Under the pieces are notes generated by a model. That model was not told the DNA's origin and made no database searches. It was given only the letters and a program-made list of their open reading frames with translations. Of a DNA stretch of 64,000 nt, positions 48,945-59,215 are shown piece by piece. The stretch spans positions 38,663 to 102,662 of the forward strand of contig JAGAVG010000051.1 of the NCBI GenBank assembly GCA_017942035.1, in the 5' to 3' direction. A program made the position numbers and the translations under genes. Positions within the stretch are counted from its first letter, which is position 1. Each line of letters begins with the position of its first letter. Source of the stretch: a bacterium (GTDB lineage Bacteria; Cyanobacteriota; Vampirovibrionia; Gastranaerophilales; Gastranaerophilaceae).

Positions 48945-50012
48945 TTGAATTTATCAAAACTTTTTGATGTTGGAAGAAATTTGTACGCATATCCGTCGTA
49001 TCTAAAAAACGACGGTCTTGCGCCTATACCTTTAAGATATTTTTTCGAACTGACTTACCGCTGTAACTTGCAGTGTCCGTATTGTTATGTGGGTGATGAC
49101 AGAAAAAAAGATGAACTTTCAACACAAGAATGGATGAATGTTATTGAGCAAATCCCTTTCTATTCCTTCGTAACCCTTGTGGGGGGCGAGCCCCTAATAA
49201 GAACAGATTTTATTGATATTTTGATGGCGACATCCAAAAAGGTTAAAGGAAAATTCAACGTTGTTTCAAACGGAATTTTGATTAACGATGAAATTATAGA
49301 TGCGTTTATCAAATCAAAAATGATGCTTTTGTCAGTGTCGCTGGACGGTTACGGTAAAAATCATGATATTAACCGCAACAAAGAGGGAATTTTTGATAAA
49401 ATAACTTCAAACTTTGAAAAAATGAATTCCCGCTCAAAACGTCCGATGGTCGATATTAAAACAATTGTGTTGGAAAATAATCTTGACGATTTACCAAAAC
49501 TTTACAAATATTGCGATGAAATGAATTTTAATTTCTTATCAATTTCATTTTTGAGAAATAATAATTTAAAACAGAATTCGGTGCTTTTTGATGAATTTGT
49601 GCCGGAATTCAACGGAAATTATCCGATAGAAAAATATTTTGACATGGAGCATTTCAAAGAGGTTTACAGAGAACTTGAAGCCTTAAAGAAAAAGTCTAAA
49701 GTCCAGATAAGGTTTTCACCAAAGTTTGAGTATGCAAAAAATCCGCTTGAAAAAATTGAAGAATTTTTTAACACACCTTCTGATAAGCCGGCATCAGAGA
49801 TTTATAAACCCTGCCTTTACCCCTATTCAAATATGATGATTAACCCTCAGGGAGATGTTTATCCGTGTCTTTCGATGAAAATCGGAAATGTCAGAGATAT
49901 GAAGATTAAAGAAGTTTTCAATCTTCCGAAATACAGATGTTTTAGAAAAAATCTTAATGTTTCAAAAGCCTTCGGCGCCTGTCAAATGTGCTGTGAATTA
50001 GAAGTAAAATAG
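48945..50012 (+). CDS. Radical SAM protein with a SPASM/twitch-like Cys-rich C-terminal domain (TTG start).
   Basis: CNLQCPYCY cluster motif. C-terminal CLYPYSNMMINPQGDVYPC...FGACQMCCE. SD gagggag. Confidence 0.75.
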   Translation: MNLSKLFDVGRNLYAYPSYLKNDGLAPIPLRYFFELTYRCNLQCPYCYVGDDRKKDELSTQEWMNVIEQIPFYSFVTLVGGEPLIRTDFIDILMATSKKVKGKFNVVSNGILINDEIIDAFIKSKMMLLSVSLDGYGKNHDINRNKEGIFDKITSNFEKMNSRSKRPMVDIKTIVLENNLDDLPKLYKYCDEMNFNFLSISFLRNNNLKQNSVLFDEFVPEFNGNYPIEKYFDMEHFKEVYRELEALKKKSKVQIRFSPKFEYAKNPLEKIEEFFNTPSDKPASEIYKPCLYPYSNMMINPQGDVYPCLSMKIGNVRDMKIKEVFNLPKYRCFRKNLNVSKAFGACQMCCELEVK

Positions 50013-50081
50013 TTTTTAGCTTGACAGATTTATAAAAAAAGTATAAACTTGAGATGTTATATATCTGGAGGATTGTTTGTT

Positions 50082-51494
50082 ATGGCGAATTGTTCAAAAT
50101 GCGGTTCCGAACTTAGTACCATCGATTATTGCGGTATAAGTTTCGGCATTTGTAAAAAATGCGGAGTTGTTGAAATTACTCAGCAAAATTTTGATCTTAT
50201 TTCAAAAAAAATTGATAATGATATAGTGCCGGTTGATTTGTTTGCAGTTGAGCCGGTAACAGCAAAAGAAGAACTTCGAGCTTGTTCAAAATGCGGTGCT
50301 CAGATGGAAAAAATACTGTTTAATGATGTAATAATTGACCGATGCCCGCAATGTAAACTTTTGATATTTGATAATGGAGAGCTTTCGAAATATTATTCAA
50401 AATTATCTAAAGTTCCGATGGAAATTATGAGCAATGCAATGTTTATTAAAACTTATTGTTCTAACACCAATTGTTCAACTCAGAAACAAAATGCAATACC
50501 GTCAAAACAAGAAAAAGTATTAAACAGAGAAGGAGAAACCGTTATGCAAATTCAAAGTAAAGAAAAAGAAATAATTTACCATCCGTATGACGGCTTTTTT
50601 GTTGCTATTCTCCTTTTTATAGGTGCATTACTAAATGTGGCTGTGTTTTTCAGCTCCGTTGTATATCCGGTACTGTTCGGAATTTCTGCGGTAATGCTGA
50701 TAGGACTGCTTTGTCTTTTACCCGGATTTATTATTGTTAAACCGCAGGAAGCCTATATTTTAACACTCTTTGGTAAATATGTCGGAACAATTAAGGAAGC
50801 CGGATTTTTCTGGAAAAATCCTTTCATTTCCGCAAATTTGCTTGGCATTTCTAAAATTTCATTGAAAGCTCGCACGCTTGATAATGGGAAACAAAAGATT
50901 AACGATGAAGACGGAAACCCTATAGATGTCGGAATTATGGTTACATGGGAAGTTCAAGATACAGCTATGGCAGTGTTTAATGTTGATAATTATACATCTT
51001 TTTTATCAGCACAATGTGACAGCGTGTTAAGAAGAATAATCAGACAGTACCCTTATGATGCTCCGGAAGATTCAGGAAAAGAAACCTTACGTGGAGATAG
51101 TGTTGAAATTTCCGAAAAGTTAAAAGTAGAAATTCAAAAAGCAGTTGTTCCGGCAGGTTTGCATATTATTGATGCACGAATTACTCACCTTGCATATTCC
51201 TCCGAAATCGCTGCAGCAATGCTCCAAAGACAACAAGCAAATGCAATTATTGCCGCAAAAAGTGCAATCGTCAACGGTGCAGTCGATATGGTTGAGATGG
51301 CTTTGGATAAATTATCAAACTCTGATAAATTGAAACTCGACGATGATGCAAAAGCCCAAATGGTTAATAATCTGTTGGTTGTATTGTGTGGAAACAAAGA
51401 AAGTACACCGGTTATTCAACTTAATCAGGACCGTCCTTCCGGCGGCAGCCCTGATATTGATATTAATAAAATAATGAACAAATTAATCCATTAA
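50082..51494 (+). CDS. Protein with two N-terminal Zn-ribbon (CxxC...CxxC) modules, TM segments and a C-terminal SPFH/band-7 domain.
   Basis: CSKCGSEL...CKKCG and CSKCGAQM...CPQCK. SPFH-like region including AYSSEIAAAMLQRQQANAIIAAK. SD ggagga before the ATG at 50082. Confidence 0.7.
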   Translation: MANCSKCGSELSTIDYCGISFGICKKCGVVEITQQNFDLISKKIDNDIVPVDLFAVEPVTAKEELRACSKCGAQMEKILFNDVIIDRCPQCKLLIFDNGELSKYYSKLSKVPMEIMSNAMFIKTYCSNTNCSTQKQNAIPSKQEKVLNREGETVMQIQSKEKEIIYHPYDGFFVAILLFIGALLNVAVFFSSVVYPVLFGISAVMLIGLLCLLPGFIIVKPQEAYILTLFGKYVGTIKEAGFFWKNPFISANLLGISKISLKARTLDNGKQKINDEDGNPIDVGIMVTWEVQDTAMAVFNVDNYTSFLSAQCDSVLRRIIRQYPYDAPEDSGKETLRGDSVEISEKLKVEIQKAVVPAGLHIIDARITHLAYSSEIAAAMLQRQQANAIIAAKSAIVNGAVDMVEMALDKLSNSDKLKLDDDAKAQMVNNLLVVLCGNKESTPVIQLNQDRPSGGSPDIDINKIMNKLIH

Positions 51495-51512
51495 TCCAAA
51501 ATTTAACAATGA

Positions 51513-51539
51513 AAAAGACCGGTTTGAGGCCGGTCTTTT
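51513..51539. terminator. Perfect bidirectional intrinsic terminator.
   Basis: aaaagaccggtttgaggccggtctttt. Confidence 0.7.
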
Positions 51540-51584
51540 GGTTTAATTTAATTGGGGAATTTAGGGAATGTTATTATGAAAAAA

Positions 51585-52682
51585 TTATGATTTATTTCCG
51601 CCGAAAGCCCAGTTGAGAACAAGGCCTGCACCTGCAGCAATCAAGCCCCATTTTCCGGCTTCGCGCCATTTGAAGTTTTTAAGTCCTTTTGAGAATGCTT
51701 CCGGTGCCTCTTTTTTGAATGCCTTTGCATCTTTATCCCATTGAGCGAGAAGATTTCCGTTCAAGACATTTCTCTGGGTTTTAACTGCATTTTCTGCCGC
51801 TGTGATTTGTGTTTCTAGAGCTGTTTTCATTGTGGCTTTTGTTTTACCTTTTGCAAGTTTCTTTGCTTCTTTGGCAATTTTTGCCTCTTCGGTTTCTGTA
51901 ATTCCGAAAGTTGTCGGATTTTCTTTAATCAATTTTTCAATATCAGCGGCTTTTGCACTATCTTCAAGCCCTTCAACCAAAGCTTTTGCACCTTTTTTGT
52001 TTGACAATACTTCTTCCAGTTTTGCAAAATCTTTATCTGCAACCGCCTTCTGTATTTGTTTTATAATTTTTTCCTTGTCTTTTTCCATTGCTTTTGAAAC
52101 ATTATTTTCTAAGAATGTTGTAAGTGCCTTAAGACTGAAATTCCCTTTTTTTGTTTTAAATCCGGCATCTGCCAACGCTTTCTTTTCCGCTGCCGCAAGC
52201 GTTTCATTTTTATTGAATTTTTCTAACGCTTTTGCCGCATCTTCTGAAAGCTCCTTGCCGCCGCTTATTTTTGTAGCTTTTTTATATTGAGCTTTTGTAT
52301 ATTCCAAAACTTTTTCATTGTATAATGCGACTTTTTCTTTTGCTACAGCCTCTGTATTTGCACCTTTAATGAGCCTGTCTTTGAAAACATTTTCTTTTTC
52401 AAACGGGTTAGCAAAATAATATCCGGCACCTGCAGCACCAGCAGTGCCTAACGTTGTTAAAATCAAACCATTATTATTTGATTTTTGGAAAGTGTCAGCC
52501 TGTAATCCACCTTGAAAAGACAACCCCGGAGTTGTTTGAGTTGTATCGGCTCCAGTTACTGCCGGTGTGTTTTGAGAAACAGCCTGAGCATTGTTTAAAG
52601 CCTTAAAATATTGCTGAGCCATAAAATCATCGTTCAAGCCGTAACCATAACTTGATAATCCTAAACTACTGTTCATTGCCAT
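51585..52682 (-). CDS. Hypothetical tail-anchored protein: S/G/T-rich N-terminus, long K/A/E-rich helical region, C-terminal TM segment.
   Basis: Architecture parallels 40766-41689. C-terminal WGLIAAGAGLVLNWAFGGNKS. Confidence 0.5.
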   Translation of the reverse strand: MAMNSSLGLSSYGYGLNDDFMAQQYFKALNNAQAVSQNTPAVTGADTTQTTPGLSFQGGLQADTFQKSNNNGLILTTLGTAGAAGAGYYFANPFEKENVFKDRLIKGANTEAVAKEKVALYNEKVLEYTKAQYKKATKISGGKELSEDAAKALEKFNKNETLAAAEKKALADAGFKTKKGNFSLKALTTFLENNVSKAMEKDKEKIIKQIQKAVADKDFAKLEEVLSNKKGAKALVEGLEDSAKAADIEKLIKENPTTFGITETEEAKIAKEAKKLAKGKTKATMKTALETQITAAENAVKTQRNVLNGNLLAQWDKDAKAFKKEAPEAFSKGLKNFKWREAGKWGLIAAGAGLVLNWAFGGNKS

Positions 52683-52839
52683 AACCTTTTACCCCTTATT
52701 AAATTAATTGTAAATAACCCTTTACCTTTATAATTTAATAAACAATTTTCTGTTTCAAAAATTGCCTTTTTGTTAAGTTTTGTTAAACAATCGGCGTAAA
52801 AGAGCATAAAATAAGATGTTTTGTAAAAAAAATAATGCA

Positions 52840-53027
52840 CCAAATTTTATATTTTGGTGCGAGTTTTTTATAGCCTTATTATACAATATTTTCCACCAAT
52901 TTTCAAGTGGTCATTTGTCGTTTCTTGTGAAATTTTTAAATTTTGAAAAGGGTATGTTTTAGTGAATTTCAGGCCTATTCGCATCAAAATATAAATTATG
53001 GTGCATGAATTTAAAGGATAATTTAAT
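52840..53027 (+). repeat. Conserved pilin-upstream element, copy 3.
   Basis: Left palindrome 52847-52861 plus T-run, right palindrome 52981-53004 (one G-U wobble). Near-identical to copy 2. Confidence 0.8.
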
Positions 53028-53047
53028 AACAATAGGAGGTTGAAAGT

Positions 53048-53692
53048 ATGATAAATAACGACAAGAGGTATGCGTTTACGTTGGCGGAGGTTTTGATTAC
53101 TCTCGGGATAATCGGGATTGTGGCGGCGATGACGCTGCCGACGCTGATTAACAAGATAAACAACAAGCATCTTGAGGTTGCTTTCAAAAAGACTTACAGT
53201 GAGCTCTCGCAAGTTGTTCAAAAAATTGCGGCTGACAATGGCGGCACTCTTGAGGGAACTCTGGAAGATAACTCACATCAATCTGTTCAAAGATTACTTA
53301 TGAAATACATGAAGCATGTCAAAATTTGTGACATAAATCCAAGTAACCCACATAATTGTTTTGCTAAGTACACATATCGTGACGGAACGCCAATATATTC
53401 TACCGAAGTATGGGATGGTACCATGATATTGCCTAGCGGAGCAATACTTTCTATTAATTCTGTTAATTCAAATTGTGAAAGTCGAAGCGAATTAAAATAT
53501 CCAATCGGCTGTTTTAGGCTGAGGGTTGATACAAATGGATTGAAAAGGCCAAATGTATTAGGAAGAGATGTCTTTGATTTTTACGTAACAAAGGACAGGT
53601 TAATTCCTCGCGGAGCTCCGGAAACAGGGGCTTATGGCAGTTCTTCCGACTGGGCTCGCGCATACTATGTTTTACAGCATGGTATAGATTAG
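53048..53692 (+). CDS. Type IV pilin-like / pseudopilin family protein, paralog 3 (short 9-aa leader).
   Basis: MINNDKRYAFTLAEVLITLGIIGIVAAMTLPTLI. SD aggaggt. Confidence 0.8.
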   Translation: MINNDKRYAFTLAEVLITLGIIGIVAAMTLPTLINKINNKHLEVAFKKTYSELSQVVQKIAADNGGTLEGTLEDNSHQSVQRLLMKYMKHVKICDINPSNPHNCFAKYTYRDGTPIYSTEVWDGTMILPSGAILSINSVNSNCESRSELKYPIGCFRLRVDTNGLKRPNVLGRDVFDFYVTKDRLIPRGAPETGAYGSSSDWARAYYVLQHGID

Positions 53693-53726
53693 TGATAATT
53701 TAAGTTTTTACATGTCAAATAAAAAA

Positions 53727-53754
53727 ATACCGTCAATATTGGCGGTATTTTTTA
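53727..53754. terminator. Bidirectional intrinsic terminator.
   Basis: ataccgtcaatattggcggtat flanked by aaaaaaa and tttttt. Confidence 0.6.
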
Positions 53755-53780
53755 TCCCAAATCCGATAACCTTTCCTGCG

Positions 53781-53969
53781 CTATTCCAGCAAGTTTTCCA
53801 ACAACGCTGCATTTTGACCTGCTGTTGTTGATTCTCTAACTTTCTGTTTGTAAATGTAAGTTCTGAGTGCTTCTCGTATCAGTTCGCTTCTTGATCTGTT
53901 TTCTCCGTCTGCAACCTGATCAATCTTGTTCAAAAATTCTTCCGGCATTGAAATTAATACTCGAGCCAT
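53781..53969 (-). CDS. Ribbon-helix-helix (CopG/Arc/MetJ-like) DNA-binding protein with no adjacent partner.
   Basis: 62 aa, MARVLISMPEEFLNKIDQVADGENRSRSELIREALRTYI is a typical RHH beta-strand plus two helices. Confidence 0.65.
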   Translation of the reverse strand: MARVLISMPEEFLNKIDQVADGENRSRSELIREALRTYIYKQKVRESTTAGQNAALLENLLE

Positions 53970-54219
53970 GTATACTCCTTTTCTCTTTCTGATATAATTT
54001 TCTCGTATACTTTAATAAAAACTTTTTAATATAAAAAAGTGCTATTTTTTAAATAAAAAATATATATTATTTTGTCTAAAATGTCTAAACTCTTTATTTG
54101 CAAGGATTTTTAGGTTTACAAAACTTAATAATTTCAAGTTAAATATCTTAATTTTATCACTTTACATAACAGTTATTTTAAGATATTATAGGGGAAATAG
54201 TATCCGGTGGAGAAAAGTA

Positions 54220-54930
54220 ATGAAGTATAAGAGAATTTTATTAAAGATAAGCGGGGAAGCGCTTTTAGGGGAACAGCAGTTTGGGATTGATCAAAATCCG
54301 GTCAAAAAGATTGCAATGGAAATTAAAAAAGCTCGTGATTTAGGAGCTGAAATTGCGGTCGTTGTCGGAGGCGGAAATATTTTCCGCGGGATGAAGAATT
54401 CGGCAAAACTTGGTATGGATCAAGCATCTGGGGATTATGTCGGAATGCTTGCCACTGTAATGAACGCTATTGCCTTGCAAAGTGCACTTAATCAAATTGA
54501 GGTGCCTTGCAGGGTTCAAAGTGCAATTGCAATGAACCAGATTGCAGAACCTTATATAAGACATAGGGCAATAAGACATTTAGAAAAAGGCCGTGTGGTT
54601 ATATTTGCGGCAGGAACTGGAAATCCGTTTTTTACAACTGATACGGCAGCGGCTTTAAGAGCATCTGAGATTAACGCTGAAGCGATGCTTATGGCTAAAA
54701 ATGGCGTAGATGGGGTTTATAATGATGATCCGAGGGTTAATCCTGATGCGAAAAAACTCGAGGATATTACTTATGACGATATAATTAAGCATGACTTAAA
54801 AGTTATGGATACATCAGCCTGCACGTTGTGTAAGCAAAACAGAATTCCGATTATAGTTTTCGATTTTGATGCGGAAAACGGGATTATTGATATCCTTCAA
54901 GATAAAAAAATTGGTACATCTATAAAATAA
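54220..54930 (+). CDS. pyrH: UMP kinase.
   Basis: [12 protein letters not shown]...[10 protein letters not shown]. Confidence 0.95.
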   Translation: MKYKRILLKISGEALLGEQQFGIDQNPVKKIAMEIKKARDLGAEIAVVVGGGNIFRGMKNSAKLGMDQASGDYVGMLATVMNAIALQSALNQIEVPCRVQSAIAMNQIAEPYIRHRAIRHLEKGRVVIFAAGTGNPFFTTDTAAALRASEINAEAMLMAKNGVDGVYNDDPRVNPDAKKLEDITYDDIIKHDLKVMDTSACTLCKQNRIPIIVFDFDAENGIIDILQDKKIGTSIK

Positions 54931-54951
54931 TAAATAAAGAAAGAGGTTAAA

Positions 54952-55518
54952 ATGGCAGAATCACTAGAAGAATTATTTTTATTCGGTGAAGAAAAAATGG
55001 AAAAAGCGATTGCTCAATTAAAAAGAGAGTTCGGGCAAATTCGCTCAGGTAGAGCTAATCCGTTAATCTTAGATAAAGTTGTTGTTGATTATTACGGTGC
55101 TCCAACACCTTTAAGACAGATGTCTCAGGTTTCTGTTCAGGATGGTACAACTCTTGTTATAACACCTTATGACAAATCAATTTTGAAAGAGATTGAAAAA
55201 GCTATTATTAAAGCTGAAATCGGCATAACTCCAAATAGTGACGGAATTTGTATAAGACTTGCTTTCCCACCGTTGACAGAAGAAAGAAGAAAAGAAATCG
55301 TAAAAGATGTTAAAAAAATGGGTGAAGAGGCTAAAGTAGCAATTAGAAATATTCGCCGCGATATGACTGACGATTTGAAGAAACTTGAAAAAAGCGAAAA
55401 TCTTCCTGAAGATACAGTAAAAGATAATCAGGATAAGATTCAGAAATTGACTGATAAATATACAGGAATAACCGATTCGGCTGTTTCCGAAAAAGAAAAA
55501 GAGGTTTTAACAGTATAA
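54952..55518 (+). CDS. frr: Ribosome recycling factor.
   Basis: 188 aa, ...FGQIRSGRANPLILDKV... Confidence 0.95.
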   Translation: MAESLEELFLFGEEKMEKAIAQLKREFGQIRSGRANPLILDKVVVDYYGAPTPLRQMSQVSVQDGTTLVITPYDKSILKEIEKAIIKAEIGITPNSDGICIRLAFPPLTEERRKEIVKDVKKMGEEAKVAIRNIRRDMTDDLKKLEKSENLPEDTVKDNQDKIQKLTDKYTGITDSAVSEKEKEVLTV

Positions 55519-56391
55519 ATGGATGTAATTAAAGGCTTGAATAAAAACGCAACCAGAATGCTCACCGGATTTATTATGGGTACAATTGCGGTGTCGTGTA
55601 TTGTATATGGCGGTGCTGCTCTTCTCGGTTTGCTTTTGGTTATTATATTTTCGGCATCAAGAGAATATGTAAAAATTCTTGAACATAAAGGTTTTTATCC
55701 GAGCCTTAAAGTCATCCTTTTATCAGAAGCTTTTTTAGCGGCTATAGCATATTTTCAGAGGTTTGATCTGGTTGCAGTTGCCCTTACGTTTTGTACACTT
55801 ATTACATTTATGTGGGTGCTGTTTAAGGGCAGACAGCCTTATATTGCAAATGCGGCAACAACAGTTTTCGGATTTGTTTATTGCGGTTGGTTTCCGCTTC
55901 ATTTAATGTTTTTGAGAGATTTGAGCAATGATGAATATTCAAGCGGTCTCGGGTTTGTGATAATGATGTTTGCGGCAGTATTGCTGACCGATACTGGGTG
56001 CTATTATGCAGGGAGACATCTTGGCAAACATAAACTTGCACCTGTAGTAAGCCCAAATAAAACTATTGAAGGTTCAATCGGCGGAGCTATTGCCGCAATA
56101 ATCGGATGTTTGATTATCGGTTATTTTGTGGGTTTGAACTGGTACAGCTCTGTAATAATCGGTTTGATTTGCACTATATTCGGGCAGATTGGCGATTTAT
56201 GCGAAAGCTTAATAAAACGTGATGCGGGTGTTAAGGATTCCGGAGATTCTTTGCCTGGTCATGGCGGTTTTCTGGATAGAACAGACAGTTATATTTTTAC
56301 GATACCTGTGATGTTTTACTTTTGCAAATTTTTTATTTTTACGGACGAATATATTAATCAGATTTTGAACTTGTTTAGAGGAATATTTTAA
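55519..56391 (+). CDS. cdsA: Phosphatidate cytidylyltransferase.
   Basis: C-terminal SLIKRDAGVKDSGDSLPGHGGFLDRTDS signature. Confidence 0.85.
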   Translation: MDVIKGLNKNATRMLTGFIMGTIAVSCIVYGGAALLGLLLVIIFSASREYVKILEHKGFYPSLKVILLSEAFLAAIAYFQRFDLVAVALTFCTLITFMWVLFKGRQPYIANAATTVFGFVYCGWFPLHLMFLRDLSNDEYSSGLGFVIMMFAAVLLTDTGCYYAGRHLGKHKLAPVVSPNKTIEGSIGGAIAAIIGCLIIGYFVGLNWYSSVIIGLICTIFGQIGDLCESLIKRDAGVKDSGDSLPGHGGFLDRTDSYIFTIPVMFYFCKFFIFTDEYINQILNLFRGIF

Positions 56392-57083
56392 TGAAGGCAT
56401 TAGAAAAAATTTTCGGGATAAAAATTGACAACCCGCAAAATTTTAAAAGGGCACTGACTCATCCTTCTTATACTCAAGAAAATAACTTGGATTTTGTAGA
56501 ATGCTATGAAAGACTTGAGTTTTTGGGGGATGCGGTGCTGAAACTTTCGGTTTCTGACATTTTATTTGAAAAATTCCCGGACTTTCCGGAAGGTGAAATG
56601 TCTAAAATCCGTTCTATTGTTGTTTCTGATGCTACATTGTTTAACCTTGCGCAAAAAATCGGCTTGCCTGAACTTTTAATAATCGGTAAACATGAAGAGA
56701 AACAGGGCTGCCGCAAGCTTGAATCAATTTGTGCGTGTGCATTTGAGGCAATTTTAGGTGCTTATTATCTTGATGGAAAATTTCTTGAGGTAAAAGATTT
56801 TATTAAAAAAAATCTCAATCCGTATATTGAAGATGTTCACAAAAATGGTGCAAAATACAATGCAAAGGCAATTTTGCAGGAGTATACACAAGGTTTGACT
56901 AAAGAAACTCCGAAATATATTGTTGTAGAAGAATTAGGGCCTGAGCACAACAAAATATTTGTTATTGATGTGTCGTATCAGGATAAAATTCTTGCACGCG
57001 GTGAGGGTAAAACAAAAAAAGAAGCGGAACAGCACGCCGCATACGAGGCTTGCAAAGTTTTAGGGGTAATTGAAAATGTCTGA
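56391..57083 (+). CDS. rnc: Ribonuclease III.
   Basis: ERLEFLGDAVL catalytic motif, C-terminal dsRBD. Confidence 0.9.
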   Translation: MKALEKIFGIKIDNPQNFKRALTHPSYTQENNLDFVECYERLEFLGDAVLKLSVSDILFEKFPDFPEGEMSKIRSIVVSDATLFNLAQKIGLPELLIIGKHEEKQGCRKLESICACAFEAILGAYYLDGKFLEVKDFIKKNLNPYIEDVHKNGAKYNAKAILQEYTQGLTKETPKYIVVEELGPEHNKIFVIDVSYQDKILARGEGKTKKEAEQHAAYEACKVLGVIENV

Positions 57084-57723
57084 AATCATAATTTCGCCAT
57101 CTATTCTGTCTGCGGATTTTGCAAATCTCGAAAGAGATATCAAAAAAGTTGAACTTGCAGGCGCTGATTGGCTTCATATAGATGTTATGGACGGACATTT
57201 TGTTCCGAATATAACAATTGGAATTCCGGTTGTGAAATCCATTAAAAAGGTTTCAAATATACCGCTGGATGTGCATTTAATGATTGAAAATCCTGCGAAA
57301 TATGCAGAAAGTTTCATTCAGGCTGGTGCTGATATTTTAACTTTTCACTATGAAGCAATGAAGTCAGAAAATGAAATTCTACAACTTATTGAACTGATAA
57401 AATCGCTGAATTGTAAAGCCGGAATGTCGATAAAGCCTAAAACTCAGCCTGAAAAAATTCTGCCGTATCTGAAAGAATTGGATTTATTGCTTGTTATGAC
57501 AGTGGAACCCGGTTTTGGCGGGCAAAAGTTCATGCCGGATTGCGCTGAAAAAATTCCTCTGATAAAAAAACACAGCGATGAAAATTTAATAATTCAGGTT
57601 GATGGCGGAATAAACGAACAGACGGCAAAAATTTGCAAGGATGATGGTGCAAGTTCGCTCGTTGCAGGCAATTACATTTATAAATCTGAAAATGTTCAAG
57701 CCGCGATTTCTTCATTAAGATAA
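57070..57723 (+). CDS. rpe: Ribulose-phosphate 3-epimerase.
   Basis: ISPSILSADFANL...HIDVMDGHFVPN. Overlaps the rnc 3' end by 14 nt. Confidence 0.9.
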   Translation: MKMSEIIISPSILSADFANLERDIKKVELAGADWLHIDVMDGHFVPNITIGIPVVKSIKKVSNIPLDVHLMIENPAKYAESFIQAGADILTFHYEAMKSENEILQLIELIKSLNCKAGMSIKPKTQPEKILPYLKELDLLLVMTVEPGFGGQKFMPDCAEKIPLIKKHSDENLIIQVDGGINEQTAKICKDDGASSLVAGNYIYKSENVQAAISSLR

Positions 57724-57725
57724 AT

Positions 57726-58763
57726 TTATACTTCGCCGCGGCGTTCTTTTCGCTTGATTATTTCCAGTATATCCGTTGTAATGTCTTTATCCGAAAGTGC
57801 CGGATCCTTTATTTCATCCTCTTTTTTGTCATCATCCTTTTTATCGTCAGTTTTATTCTCTGTCACATTTTCTGTTGGCTTTTTATCACTTTCTTTCGCG
57901 TCGTCAATTTTATTATCTTGGTCTTCTGCTTTGTTTCCGGTATTTTCACCCAATCCGCCGGCCTCAGAAACATCTGACATATAAGAGCGCACGATCTGAC
58001 CGAAACTTCCGATATTAGCATCAACTCCGGAAGAAGCCTCAAGCCCCGAAGAGCCAACATTAATCGCATTTGTTCCCTGCGCAATTATATTTTTAACTTT
58101 TGATACATCCGGGGCATCTACATTTGCTAATTCAGCATTTGCAACCTCTGTTGTCTGCTCTCCGATTGAAATCGCATTCATTGCGCTTGTGCTAAATGCA
58201 GAAATATTTCCCTGCATAGTATCAATTTGAGCCGAATATCCGCCGATAGTACCTTGAGCAGCCTTGCCGGCTGAGGCTAGTTCTTCATTTAACGACGCAA
58301 TCTTTGAATTGTCGCCATTTTGAACTGCTCCCGCTCTTTCCCGCATAAGAGCATTGATTTTACCCATTGCGGTTGAATATTCATTTTGCGCCTGACTGTA
58401 AGCTTCCGCCGCATTAGCGCTCCAATCCTCAATTTCAGACATTAAACTTTCAACTTCATCTGCCGCTAAATCGCTTTGTTCACCCAATGCCAGAGCTTCA
58501 TCCAAACCTCTACTGCCGCTGGATTTATCACCATTCACATTAGTTTCGTCAGGATTAAGTGTTGTTTCCGCCCCGGATTGCGACATCTCGTATGTAACAT
58601 TATCCGGTGCATTCGCAACTTTCGCCATTTCTTCTACCCATCTTTTTATTTCAGATGGCATATCCTCGGTTATCCCCTCGGACTGATATTGCTGAACTTC
58701 CCTGAGTGTAAGCTTATACCAGTCTATTTTCTTAGGCTCTATTCCATTTATTGCATCAACCAT
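57726..58763 (-). CDS. Hypothetical acidic protein with a D/K/E-rich low-complexity C-terminus.
   Basis: 345 aa, helical N-terminal region, S/G/A-rich middle, tail KTDDKKDDDKKEDEIKD. No domain recognised. Confidence 0.5.
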   Translation of the reverse strand: MVDAINGIEPKKIDWYKLTLREVQQYQSEGITEDMPSEIKRWVEEMAKVANAPDNVTYEMSQSGAETTLNPDETNVNGDKSSGSRGLDEALALGEQSDLAADEVESLMSEIEDWSANAAEAYSQAQNEYSTAMGKINALMRERAGAVQNGDNSKIASLNEELASAGKAAQGTIGGYSAQIDTMQGNISAFSTSAMNAISIGEQTTEVANAELANVDAPDVSKVKNIIAQGTNAINVGSSGLEASSGVDANIGSFGQIVRSYMSDVSEAGGLGENTGNKAEDQDNKIDDAKESDKKPTENVTENKTDDKKDDDKKEDEIKDPALSDKDITTDILEIIKRKERRGEV

Positions 58764-58936
58764 TTTTAGCTCCTTTTTTGTTTATCTCTATTTATTATCG
58801 GAATTTTTAACGAAACCTTTATTGTTTATTAAGTTATGTAACAATTTTTATATAAAATGAATATAAAAAGTCAATAATTTTTTAAAGAAATTTTTTATAT
58901 ATATACGAAGAGCAAATAAAGAAGAAGAGAGGCAAA

Positions 58937-59110
58937 AATGGCACAGTTATTATTATTCAATACAGTTTCAGAAACATATAAAAAAACAGCAGAAGCGCTT
59001 GATAATGTAAAGTTGACAGATAAAGTAGTAATTCGCAAAACACTTACAGAAATGATGAAACAGTCTTTCTTCCACGGTGCAAACAGATACGGTTATAACT
59101 TTATCGCATA
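58937..59110 (+). CDS. Small 57-aa ORF with its own SD and terminator.
   Basis: MAQLLLFNTVSETYKKTAEALDNVKLTDKVVIRKTLTEMMKQSFFHGANRYGYNFIA. SD agaggc. Followed by hairpin 59187-59210 plus T-run. Confidence 0.3.
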
Positions 59111-59215
59111 AAAACCAACAGCTATCGTTGGAAACAGGAAAAAGGAAAAAGAATAAGGCTCAAAGGAATTAAGGAATAGGATTTGCAAGGCTGATGATAA
59201 TGTCAGCCTTTTTGA

